In this document: positions 43,514-51,616 of the stretch, piece by piece
Layout: every line of letters begins with the position of its first letter
Position numbering within the stretch: position 1 is the first letter of the stretch
DNA from: Syntrophorhabdaceae bacterium
Lineage (GTDB): Bacteria > Desulfobacterota > Syntrophorhabdia > Syntrophorhabdales > Syntrophorhabdaceae
Assembly: GCA_963666485.2 (NCBI GenBank)
Contig: CAXXUO010000001.1
Location: 1,088,001-1,152,000, forward strand
Reading direction: 5' to 3'
Length of the DNA: 64,000 nucleotides
Program-made: the position numbers and the translations under genes
The notes under the pieces: model-generated
What the model saw: the letters and a program-made list of their open reading frames with translations, nothing else
What the model was told of the DNA's origin: nothing
The model's database searches: none

Positions 43514-44278
43514 TCATCTCCCCGCTGCTGCCGCAGCGCCGTCATACCAGAGGCAGTCTGCCGGCTTCTCCGCCACGCATCCCGCGTGACGGGAAAAACC
43601 GGACTCCCTGACACTGTCTGTAAATGCCGCAGATCTGTGCCCGTCGAGTGATAGCGCTATTTTGCGCTGTTCACAGGTCCTGTGCGCCGCACACAAGACC
43701 TGGAGCCCCGCCACATCCGCCTCTGACAGGGACTCGACATTGAACATGACCGTTTGTGCACCGGACAGGATCTCTGTGAGGGCCCTGGCGATGGCCGCGG
43801 CCTTGTCGATCGTCAGGCTGCCGGTGAAATAGACGGTGCGCGTCCCGTTTGCACTCTCGACCCGCATGTCGTCTGCAAGCTGCTGCCGCTCCTCGATCAT
43901 TTTCTCCACCCTTAGCGTCTCGAACTTGTTCAATGAATCTTTCAGTATCCTGGCGGATACCGGTTTCTCGAAATACTCGCTGGCCCCGAGCGCATAGGCC
44001 TCCTGCATTGTTGAGGCGTTGCCGTGCCCCGTAATGATGATCACGTAGGCGGCCGGCGATCTCTTCCTGACAAGCTTTAAAACCTCGAAGCCGCCTTCCT
44101 TCATGGTGCCCGAGAGCCTTAAGTCCGTGATGACGCAAAAATAGTCTTTCTGATCGATGAATTCTTTTGCCTGATCGAGCGTTTCCGCTATATCGACCTT
44201 TGTTTCCTTGTTTTCCAGGGATTTCTTGAATCCCAGCAATATGTCGCTTTCATCATCAACAATGAGGATATTTTTCAT
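43514..44278 (-). CDS. Response regulator REC fused to a STAS domain
   Basis: VDDE/ITDLRL/FEKP receiver; GSLTI..EADVAGLQVLCAAH STAS. Confidence 0.87.
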   Translation of the reverse strand: MKNILIVDDESDILLGFKKSLENKETKVDIAETLDQAKEFIDQKDYFCVITDLRLSGTMKEGGFEVLKLVRKRSPAAYVIIITGHGNASTMQEAYALGASEYFEKPVSARILKDSLNKFETLRVEKMIEERQQLADDMRVESANGTRTVYFTGSLTIDKAAAIARALTEILSGAQTVMFNVESLSEADVAGLQVLCAAHRTCEQRKIALSLDGHRSAAFTDSVRESGFSRHAGCVAEKPADCLWYDGAAAAAGR

Positions 44279-44358
44279 AGCCAGCCCCTTAATGGTCCGT
44301 GTGAACCTGAAGATCAATCATGGGAAACACCATCATCATGGTCGCGGACTAGAACAGG

Positions 44359-44373
44359 GCAAGAAATATGCCA
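44359..44373 (-). promoter_or_regulatory. sigma54 (-24/-12) promoter of the che sub-operon
   Basis: Minus strand TGGCATATTTCTTGC (GG-N10-GC). Confidence 0.85.
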
Positions 44374-44437
44374 GAGATTTTTGTCGTTGTAATATCTGGA
44401 TTTTATTTGATTAGTTTAATTCGGCGCACAGCTGATA

Positions 44438-44475
44438 TGTTTCAGGTGAAACAGAAATGTTTCACCTGTGAGACA
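44438..44475. promoter_or_regulatory. Tandem palindromic enhancer sites (putative bEBP UAS)
   Basis: TGTTTCAGGTGAAACA-gaaa-TGTTTCACCTGTGAGACA. Confidence 0.75.
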
Positions 44476-44480
44476 AGAGG

Positions 44481-45773
44481 TCACTTCGGCTCTTTATTTT
44501 TTTTTCGATAGAGCGTTGCGCGGGAGATCCCGAGCGACCGGGCTGCCTTGGCCATGTTGCCGCCGCTTTGCCGTATGGCGTCGTCTATGAGCCGGTCTTC
44601 CTGGGGCGGGCTGTCCGATGCCTTGAACTGGGGTTCGATAAAGAAATGCTCCGCCCCGAGCAGCGATCCGCCGGAAAGAAGGACCGCCCGTTCGAGGACG
44701 TTCTTCATCTCCCTCATGTTGCCGGGCCAATGGTAGGCGCGCATCTCCTCCCGGACGCTTGCGGGCAGCTTCAGGTGCCCCATGTTCATCTGCCCGAGAA
44801 AATACCGGGTGATCGCGTCAATATCCTGGACCCGGGAGCGCAAGGGCGGAATGGCGATGGGGAACACAAATATCCGGTAATACAGGTCCTGCCGGAATGC
44901 GCCCTTTCTCGTCTCCTCGGCCAGGTCCTTGTTCGTTGCGCAGATGAGGCGGAAATTGCTCTGCCGTGTCCGTACGTCGCCCAACCGGCGGAATTGCTTC
45001 TCCTCGATCACCTTGAGAAGCTGGGCCTGTACCAAAAGGTCCATGTCGCCGATCTCGTCGAGGAAGAGGGTCCCCTTATCGGCATATTCTATGAGGCCCA
45101 CGCGGTCCTGGGATGCCGACGTAAATGCACCCTTCGTGTGTCCGAAAAGCTCACTCGCGAGAAGGTCCCCCCTTAGGCCCGAGCAATTGACCTCGACGAA
45201 GGGTGCCTGACTTCTCCGGCTTCCCTCGTGGATCCATCGTGCGAGGACACCTTTACCCGTCCCTGTCTCGCCGGAGATCATGAGGATCGAATCGTTGTCG
45301 CATGCAATAGCGGCGAGCCTCTCGACCTTGCTCATCTCCGGCCCTGTGCCGAAAAATGGCGTGCCTTTCTTTGCAAGGCGCTGGGCCACGTGATGGTCTC
45401 TTCTTAACGAACCGAACTCTATCGCTTTTTTGAGGGACACCTCGAGTTCGGCCATATCGACCGGTTTTGTCAGGAAGTGGTCCGCCCCCCTGCGCATTGC
45501 CTCGACGGCCGTAGGTATGTCTCCCAACCCCGTTATAACGATAAGCGCAATATCGGGCCTTTCGGAGCGCGCCTCGGCGATCCAGTCTATACCGTTGCCG
45601 TCGGGAAGATTGAGATCGAGCAGGATACCGTCAAATGTCCGGGAATTGAGAAGCTCCCTCGCCTCGCTCAAACTTGCCGCCACCTCCACGTCATAACCCG
45701 TCTTGCTCAGGTACCGGTTGAAGGCAAACTGAACGGCATCGTCATCGTCGACGACCAGGACGAGCGGTTTCAT
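44481..45773 (-). CDS. sigma54-dependent NtrC-family response regulator
   Basis: REC, GETGTGKG, ELFGHTKGAFTSA, LFLDEI, WPGNMRE, Fis-type HTH. Confidence 0.96.
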   Translation of the reverse strand: MKPLVLVVDDDDAVQFAFNRYLSKTGYDVEVAASLSEARELLNSRTFDGILLDLNLPDGNGIDWIAEARSERPDIALIVITGLGDIPTAVEAMRRGADHFLTKPVDMAELEVSLKKAIEFGSLRRDHHVAQRLAKKGTPFFGTGPEMSKVERLAAIACDNDSILMISGETGTGKGVLARWIHEGSRRSQAPFVEVNCSGLRGDLLASELFGHTKGAFTSASQDRVGLIEYADKGTLFLDEIGDMDLLVQAQLLKVIEEKQFRRLGDVRTRQSNFRLICATNKDLAEETRKGAFRQDLYYRIFVFPIAIPPLRSRVQDIDAITRYFLGQMNMGHLKLPASVREEMRAYHWPGNMREMKNVLERAVLLSGGSLLGAEHFFIEPQFKASDSPPQEDRLIDDAIRQSGGNMAKAARSLGISRATLYRKKNKEPK

Positions 45774-47248
45774 AATGAACCTCCCCTGTAGGCGGGAAGA
45801 CCGATCTCAACGGTGCATCCGGGCCCCGGGTCATTGTTGCGCACCGAAACGTTCCCTCCCATTGATTCCACGAAATGCTTAACAATGCTCAGGCCAAGCC
45901 CTGTTCCTCCCCGGCGCGTCGTAAAAAATGGTTCGAATATCTTGTCGAGGTTCTGCTGCGCGATGCCCGTTCCCGTGTCGTGGAAGGATATGGCCAGATG
46001 GCCGTCCTGCCGTTCATTGAGCGCGATCCTGATGTCGCTGCCCTTTTCGCTGTGATGGACGGCATTGTCGAGGAGGTTGATGAATACCTGCTGCAGGCGG
46101 GCGCTGTCCGCCATGACAAGCTTGTCTGTGATGGCCGGTGAGGATTCAAGCTGCACCGTGTAATTATGCGATACGTCTGTCTCATTCCACAGGTTGATGG
46201 TGCTCCTGCAGATATTTTCGATCGATTCCGGCTGGATGCTCGCTGACTGGAGGGGTTTACCGAGGTCGAGCAGGTCTTTCATGAGGCGTGAGAGCCTGTT
46301 GACCTGGCTTTTGATATGAACAAGGTAGGGGCCGTATTCCGTGTCCTCGCCGATATCCTGAAATAGCGCCTCCGTTATTGCGAGTATGGCGTTGAGCGGA
46401 TTGCGCACTTCGTGCGCCACGTTGGCGGCGATCTGCCCGAAAACCTTCATCTCGCGTGCGTATTCCAGTTGTTTTTCCATTTCCTGCCGGTCCGTCACGT
46501 CCCTGAAGACAACGACAGCACCGGACGCTTTTCCTGTTTCATCTTTGATTTGGTCTATATTGCCCTCGATCGATATCAGGTGGCCATCGCATGCTTCGAG
46601 AACGCTGCCTTCGGGGAATACCGAAAAGCCTCCGTCGCCGGCATCACCCCCCGGGACCTCGAGGGGCTCCCCGCCGTCACCGGCAAGGATGCGAAAGGCC
46701 TGCGACACGGGGATTCCCTTGGCCTCTTCGAACTTCCATCCCGTCAATTGTTCGGCAATGGTGTTCATGAGAACGACCTTTCCGTCGATATCAGAGGCGA
46801 TGACCCCGTCGCCGATGCTGTTCAATGTGGTTGCCAGCCATCTTTCATTCTCCTTTAGCCTTTTCACGATCGCGTGCTTGTACAGGGCCATTTCCACAGT
46901 GGAATGCAGTTCGCGAATATTGAATGGTTTGAGGAGATAGCCAAAGGGCTCGGTCACCTTCGCCCTCTCCAGGGTCTTTTGATCAGCGTACGCCGTAAGG
47001 TATACAATCGGGACATCCATTTCGTCCTTCACGATCATCGCGGATTCGATCCCGTCGATGTGACCCTTCAGCCTGATATCCATGAGAATGAGATCAGGAA
47101 TTTCACGCCTCGCGGTCTCGATCGCTGCCCGGCCTGACACGGCAGTCCATACCGGCCCGTAGCCGAGGGTCTGCAGCATCTTCTGGATGTCCCTGGCAAC
47201 GATAACCTCATCTTCGACGATCAGAATCTTTACCTGTTTCTCGATCAC
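45770..47248 (-). CDS. REC-PAS-HisKA-HATPase kinase, likely cognate of the bEBP
   Basis: VAHEVRNPLN, PFFTTRRGGTGLGL; overlaps the bEBP start. Confidence 0.92.
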   Translation of the reverse strand: MIEKQVKILIVEDEVIVARDIQKMLQTLGYGPVWTAVSGRAAIETARREIPDLILMDIRLKGHIDGIESAMIVKDEMDVPIVYLTAYADQKTLERAKVTEPFGYLLKPFNIRELHSTVEMALYKHAIVKRLKENERWLATTLNSIGDGVIASDIDGKVVLMNTIAEQLTGWKFEEAKGIPVSQAFRILAGDGGEPLEVPGGDAGDGGFSVFPEGSVLEACDGHLISIEGNIDQIKDETGKASGAVVVFRDVTDRQEMEKQLEYAREMKVFGQIAANVAHEVRNPLNAILAITEALFQDIGEDTEYGPYLVHIKSQVNRLSRLMKDLLDLGKPLQSASIQPESIENICRSTINLWNETDVSHNYTVQLESSPAITDKLVMADSARLQQVFINLLDNAVHHSEKGSDIRIALNERQDGHLAISFHDTGTGIAQQNLDKIFEPFFTTRRGGTGLGLSIVKHFVESMGGNVSVRNNDPGPGCTVEIGLPAYRGGSL

Positions 47249-47269
47249 TTTAAGCCACCTTAAGGGTAC

Positions 47270-49366
47270 TTACATATTTACTTTAAATGTGATAACGAAC
47301 TCGGTCCCCGGGTCCTTTTTCAGTTCGATCGAGCCTTCAAGCTGATCGACAAGGATCAGCACGAGCTGAAGGCCCATTGAGGCATATTCCTCGAACCTGT
47401 CAGCCGGGCCGGCGAACCCTATCCCATTGTCTTTCACGGACAATATGCACGCATCGCCATCCCGCGTGAACCGTATCGAGATCAAACCTTCGTGTCCCGA
47501 CGGGAAGGCGTGTTTTATCGCGTTGGACACAAGCTCGTTTATGATGAGCCCGCAGGGGATTATGGCATCCAGCGTAAGTTCGATATCCGACGCCGAATGC
47601 TCGATCCTGAGTCGGGAATTATCGACGCCGTAGCTCACGCACAGGTCCCCGACCAGGCTCGCTATATAGCCGGCGATATTGATCTCCGCCAGGTTCTTCG
47701 ATTGATACAGCTTGTCGTGTATAAGGGACATGGACCGGATGCGATTCTGGCTTTCCCGGAATATCTCGTGTACCTTTTCGTCCTCGATGTGCGCTGCCTG
47801 GAGGCTGTACATGCTGGATATCACCTGGAGGTTGTTCTTTACCCGATGGTGTATCTCCCTGAGCAGCACCTCTTTCTCCCTCAGGGCCGCCATGATCTGC
47901 GATTCGGCGAGCCTTCTCTCCGTGATATCGTAAATGACCATGATGGCGCAGTTCCTTTTGTCCACAATGAACGGGCTTACGCTGAAGATGGACCAGGTTT
48001 TGCGTATCCCGCCTTTACTGTCGTCATATATCATCGCCTCTTTATCACGGACGGGATTCGCCCTGACGAGGGCCTCTTTGATGGCGGAAAAAAAAGGACA
48101 GGTGGGGCATTCAGGGGAATTGCCGCACCCGGCAGGATCTTGAAGCCGGTTAGGGCACGCGATGATATCCCCGAACCGCTTGCGGTTAAGGTCGAATATC
48201 GATCTCCCGAAAAGGTTCTCGGCAGCGGGATTTGCAAAGATGACCTGCTCCCGGTCGTCGATCACAAGCATGGCGACAGGCGTCGAGATGAGCATCGAGC
48301 TTAAGTTGTCCCGTTCCTGCTCAACGGCCCTTGCCAGCATTTCAGCCCTTTCCTCCGATAATTTCCGCTTGGTGATGTCGGTGAAGACCGTTATGGAGCC
48401 GGCGAACGCCCCATCGTGATCGATGAGGCTTTTCGAGGATATGATGCACCACACGACAGGGCCGTCCCGGTGGCGCATCTTCGCTTCATATATCTCGGAC
48501 CTTCCCATTCTGCGCTCTCTCAACTTGTTTGAGAGACCGGGAATATCATCCGGGAAGACGAAGATCTCAGGCGTTCTCCCGATCATTTCTTCTGGAGAAT
48601 AGCCGGTCAGCTGCGTCATCGCGGGATTGACAAAGGTTATCACATGGTCCCGGTCAAGCTGCACTATGCCTTCAAGCGTGGTCTCGAAGAGTGTCCGGTA
48701 GAGCGCTTCGCTTTTGCGCAGCTGATCTTCAGAGATCTCAAGCTTTTCCTTCGCCTGCCTCTGTGCTATGCCTATCACCATCGCGTCCGTGATCCGTTCG
48801 AGAAATTCGATGATGTCCGGTGAAAAAAAATCCCGGGCGTGATTGTTTACCTGGACAAGGCCGAAGGGGACGCCGCCGAGCCGCAGGGGGAAAAGGCCCA
48901 CGGATTCATAGCCCATGCTGTTGCACCGGTTCCGCGTCCTGGTCTGCCGGTCTTCGTCGCTCGTCGATGCAAGCAGCTCGGTCGTGCAATTGGAGACGAA
49001 GCTGCCGTATGGCGTAAAGAAAGGCAGGGAAGGGTCGACGCGGCCGAGGATGATATTTCCGCACATGCATTCGATATACGCATTTCCGTCACTGTCGCGC
49101 AGCAGGGCGCCCGTGTCGTCGCGGGCGCACAGGGAGGTCTCGAGAAGGAGGAAATCCTGGGGGAACCCGTGCGATACATAATACGGGAAATCCTCGCCGT
49201 CCTTAAGGCGGATCCCCATCGCGTCGCAGGCGAGCCAGCCTTTGAGGAACTCACAGATTTTCCTGATGAGATCGGGCATGCCGTCGTCCTTGTTAAGGAA
49301 GGACATAACGGTGATCGTGGCTCTCTGGATGTCCTCGAGCCGGGTCGTTGCGCTGCGGTCACTCAT
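47270..49366 (-). CDS. Cys-rich GAF-PAS-PAS sensor kinase (HisKA_2 type)
   Basis: [32 protein letters not shown]. Confidence 0.92.
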   Translation of the reverse strand: MSDRSATTRLEDIQRATITVMSFLNKDDGMPDLIRKICEFLKGWLACDAMGIRLKDGEDFPYYVSHGFPQDFLLLETSLCARDDTGALLRDSDGNAYIECMCGNIILGRVDPSLPFFTPYGSFVSNCTTELLASTSDEDRQTRTRNRCNSMGYESVGLFPLRLGGVPFGLVQVNNHARDFFSPDIIEFLERITDAMVIGIAQRQAKEKLEISEDQLRKSEALYRTLFETTLEGIVQLDRDHVITFVNPAMTQLTGYSPEEMIGRTPEIFVFPDDIPGLSNKLRERRMGRSEIYEAKMRHRDGPVVWCIISSKSLIDHDGAFAGSITVFTDITKRKLSEERAEMLARAVEQERDNLSSMLISTPVAMLVIDDREQVIFANPAAENLFGRSIFDLNRKRFGDIIACPNRLQDPAGCGNSPECPTCPFFSAIKEALVRANPVRDKEAMIYDDSKGGIRKTWSIFSVSPFIVDKRNCAIMVIYDITERRLAESQIMAALREKEVLLREIHHRVKNNLQVISSMYSLQAAHIEDEKVHEIFRESQNRIRSMSLIHDKLYQSKNLAEINIAGYIASLVGDLCVSYGVDNSRLRIEHSASDIELTLDAIIPCGLIINELVSNAIKHAFPSGHEGLISIRFTRDGDACILSVKDNGIGFAGPADRFEEYASMGLQLVLILVDQLEGSIELKKDPGTEFVITFKVNM

Positions 49367-49875
49367 GGCGCGTCACCTGCCCGGGGCGGCGCGGTATGGT
49401 TTCCCTTGGATGGCAGGCTGGCAGGACCAAATTTGAAATGATTTTTACCGAGGGTACTCCCTCTTTTGCCGTAATGCATAGACTACCCTGATGACACCCC
49501 ATACCCTGTTATTGAGATCGTGTAACCAATTATTATAATATTTCGGCATCAAAGACAATCCCTTAATTTCGAATCAGCCGGGGGATTGCCAGGGTCTCGT
49601 CCGAGAGACGTCACCTTATGTTTTGCATGCCAGGCCCTGAAAAAGATGCCCGGCATTTTTAGGGGAGGACGAAGCCCTTCTGCGAAAATTATAGAGCGAT
49701 GGGGGGTTGCAGAAGCTTGAGCTTCTCCTGCTTTTTTCTTCACCAGGAATATGTGTAAGAGAGCCGATATTATCCTGCGAAGATATTTTCAGAAGGGCTT
49801 CGTCGTGAGGGGCTAAGCTAAACATTTATTCGCTTCATCCATTTTCTTCGTTTTTTTGGTACGTAAATATATAGA

Positions 49876-49890
49876 GCAAGATCCATGCCA
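49876..49890 (-). promoter_or_regulatory. sigma54 (-24/-12) promoter
   Basis: Minus strand TGGCATGGATCTTGC (GG-N10-GC). Confidence 0.85.
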
Positions 49891-49956
49891 GTGTGCACTT
49901 ATCAGACAATAGCTTGATTTATTTGGGTATTTTAAATACCGGACACGACGGGTTTG

Positions 49957-49993
49957 TGTATCACATGATACATAAATGTCATATCATGAGACA
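49957..49993. promoter_or_regulatory. Tandem palindromic enhancer sites (putative bEBP UAS)
   Basis: TGTATCACATGATACA-taaa-TGTCATATCATGAGACA. Confidence 0.75.
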
Positions 49994-50020
49994 GTAAGAA
50001 CGCCTAAATTTGACGATATC

Positions 50021-50869
50021 CTATTTTCCGACCAGTGCCTTGATCTTCGGCATGGCCCGTTCAGCCGCTTTTATGCCCTCTTCCATCAATGCCTTTTTCT
50101 GGGTGAAATCGAACATGGTTATTCCCTTCGTATCGGGCTCGAGTATGACGTCGGCGTAGGCCAGTTTGCTCTTCGAGTTGACATGCATCATGATGGCTAT
50201 GGATTGGGCGATGACGTCGATGACCGAATTTATATCCGTGTCGCGGACATCCTTCTGGAGATTGACCGCAATGATGACGTCGGCGCCTTTCGCACGAGCT
50301 ACCTCACACGCGATGTTGTTTGTCACCCCGCCGTCGACGAGCGTCCTGTTGCCGAACCTGACCGGGACAAATATGCCGGGGATTGCCGATGAAGCATGGA
50401 TGGCCCTCGCCAGCGAACCTTTTTCCAGGGTGACAGTCTCGCCCGTGTTCAGGTCGGTTGCGACAGGGTAAAAAGGTATCTTTGTCGCTTCAACCGTTTT
50501 GACCTTTGCATTCTGTTCCACAAAGGACTCGAGTTTTGCCCCCTGTACCGGGCCCATCTTTGACGATGCGACGGAATAATCGAGTATGTCGCCCCGGTTG
50601 ATCTTGAATGCGGCCCATTCAAGCTGGAAGCTGTCGGGGTTTGCCGCGTAGAGGCCGCCGATAAGGCTGCCGACACTTGTCCCGACTATCATGTGGATCG
50701 GTATCTTTTCCTTTTCCAGGGCCCGGATGACGCCGACATGCGCAAAGCCCTTGGCCGACCCGCCTCCGAGCACGAGGGCCACTTTCGGCTCGGTCTTCTT
50801 AGGCGGGGGCATTGTCCCGCACGAACATGCGATCAGAAGAACGAGAAAACAGAGTACAAATTTCTTAAT
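50021..50869 (-). CDS. Patatin-like phospholipase, predicted lipoprotein (probable ATT start)
   Basis: LGGGSAKG, GTSVG, DGG; in-frame upstream signal peptide IKKFVLCFLVLLIACSC. Confidence 0.9.
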   Translation of the reverse strand: MKKFVLCFLVLLIACSCGTMPPPKKTEPKVALVLGGGSAKGFAHVGVIRALEKEKIPIHMIVGTSVGSLIGGLYAANPDSFQLEWAAFKINRGDILDYSVASSKMGPVQGAKLESFVEQNAKVKTVEATKIPFYPVATDLNTGETVTLEKGSLARAIHASSAIPGIFVPVRFGNRTLVDGGVTNNIACEVARAKGADVIIAVNLQKDVRDTDINSVIDVIAQSIAIMMHVNSKSKLAYADVILEPDTKGITMFDFTQKKALMEEGIKAAERAMPKIKALVGK

Positions 50870-51509
50870 AGCCGCCTCTCTTTCCGACGAACGGGTTGTA
50901 TATCTTTTCCCTGCCTATCGTGCTGCGCGTGGAATCCCCGTAATTATGCCCCGGCGCGACGACCGTATCATCCGGCAGGGCGAACAGCTTCTTCTGGACC
51001 GATGCAAGCAGCGTCTCCCATGACCCGCCGTCGAGGTCCGTCCTGCCGACGCTCCCGACAAAAAGCGTATCGCCTGTGAACACCATTCCTGTGTGGTAGA
51101 GGGATATACTCCCCGGCGAGTGGCCCGGCGTGTGGATGACGGCAAGCGAGGTGTTGCCTACCGCTATGACGTCCCCGTCCCGGACTGTCCTGTCAGCCGG
51201 CGGTGAAGGCTCGCCCCCGAACATCTGGAAGGAATGGGCGGACTGATGGACGAGTGCATTCGCCTCGGTCTCGTGAATGATGATCTCGGCACCGGTCAAG
51301 TCCTTCATCTTCCGGTTACCCATGATGTGGTCGATATGGCAATGCGTGTTGACAATATACTTGATCGTGTATCCCCGCGATACGGCCTCGTCGTAGATGC
51401 GTTTGCAATCCGCCGCCGGGTCGATGACGAGGGCTTCGTTGGTCTCCTTGCAGGCCACGATATAGGCAAAAATGGCAAAGCCGCCTACTTCCATTTGCTT
51501 GACGAACAT
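50865..51509 (-). CDS. MBL-fold metallo-hydrolase (glyoxalase II-like)
   Basis: THCHIDH, HTPGHSPG, FTGDTLF, PGH; AGGAGG RBS. Confidence 0.93.
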   Translation of the reverse strand: MFVKQMEVGGFAIFAYIVACKETNEALVIDPAADCKRIYDEAVSRGYTIKYIVNTHCHIDHIMGNRKMKDLTGAEIIIHETEANALVHQSAHSFQMFGGEPSPPADRTVRDGDVIAVGNTSLAVIHTPGHSPGSISLYHTGMVFTGDTLFVGSVGRTDLDGGSWETLLASVQKKLFALPDDTVVAPGHNYGDSTRSTIGREKIYNPFVGKRGGY

Positions 51510-51616
51510 GTAGGTCCTCCTTAAGATCGGCTCTAAATTTAATACTTTTTGGTGCCGTTTTTCAAATTTTTTGGTAAGATTGAGCGTTAACGAACCGGGG
51601 GACACCAGGAGGAAAA

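Noticed and set aside
49616..49635. Third sigma54 promoter (minus TGGCATGCAAAACAT)
   Set aside because: Has the -24 GG but lacks the -12 GC
49549..49825. Short ORFs (64 and 69 aa) in the leader region
   Set aside because: Weak RBS and non-protein-like composition; RNA structure is the better explanation
17739..50020. Signalling block as an integrative island in tRNA-Ser
   Set aside because: It abuts the tRNA 3' end, but I saw no integrase, no duplicated tRNA 3' end at the far side and no obvious compositional shift
50021..50869. Patatin as a CBASS effector
   Set aside because: No cyclase nearby; it carries a lipoprotein signal and sits in housekeeping context
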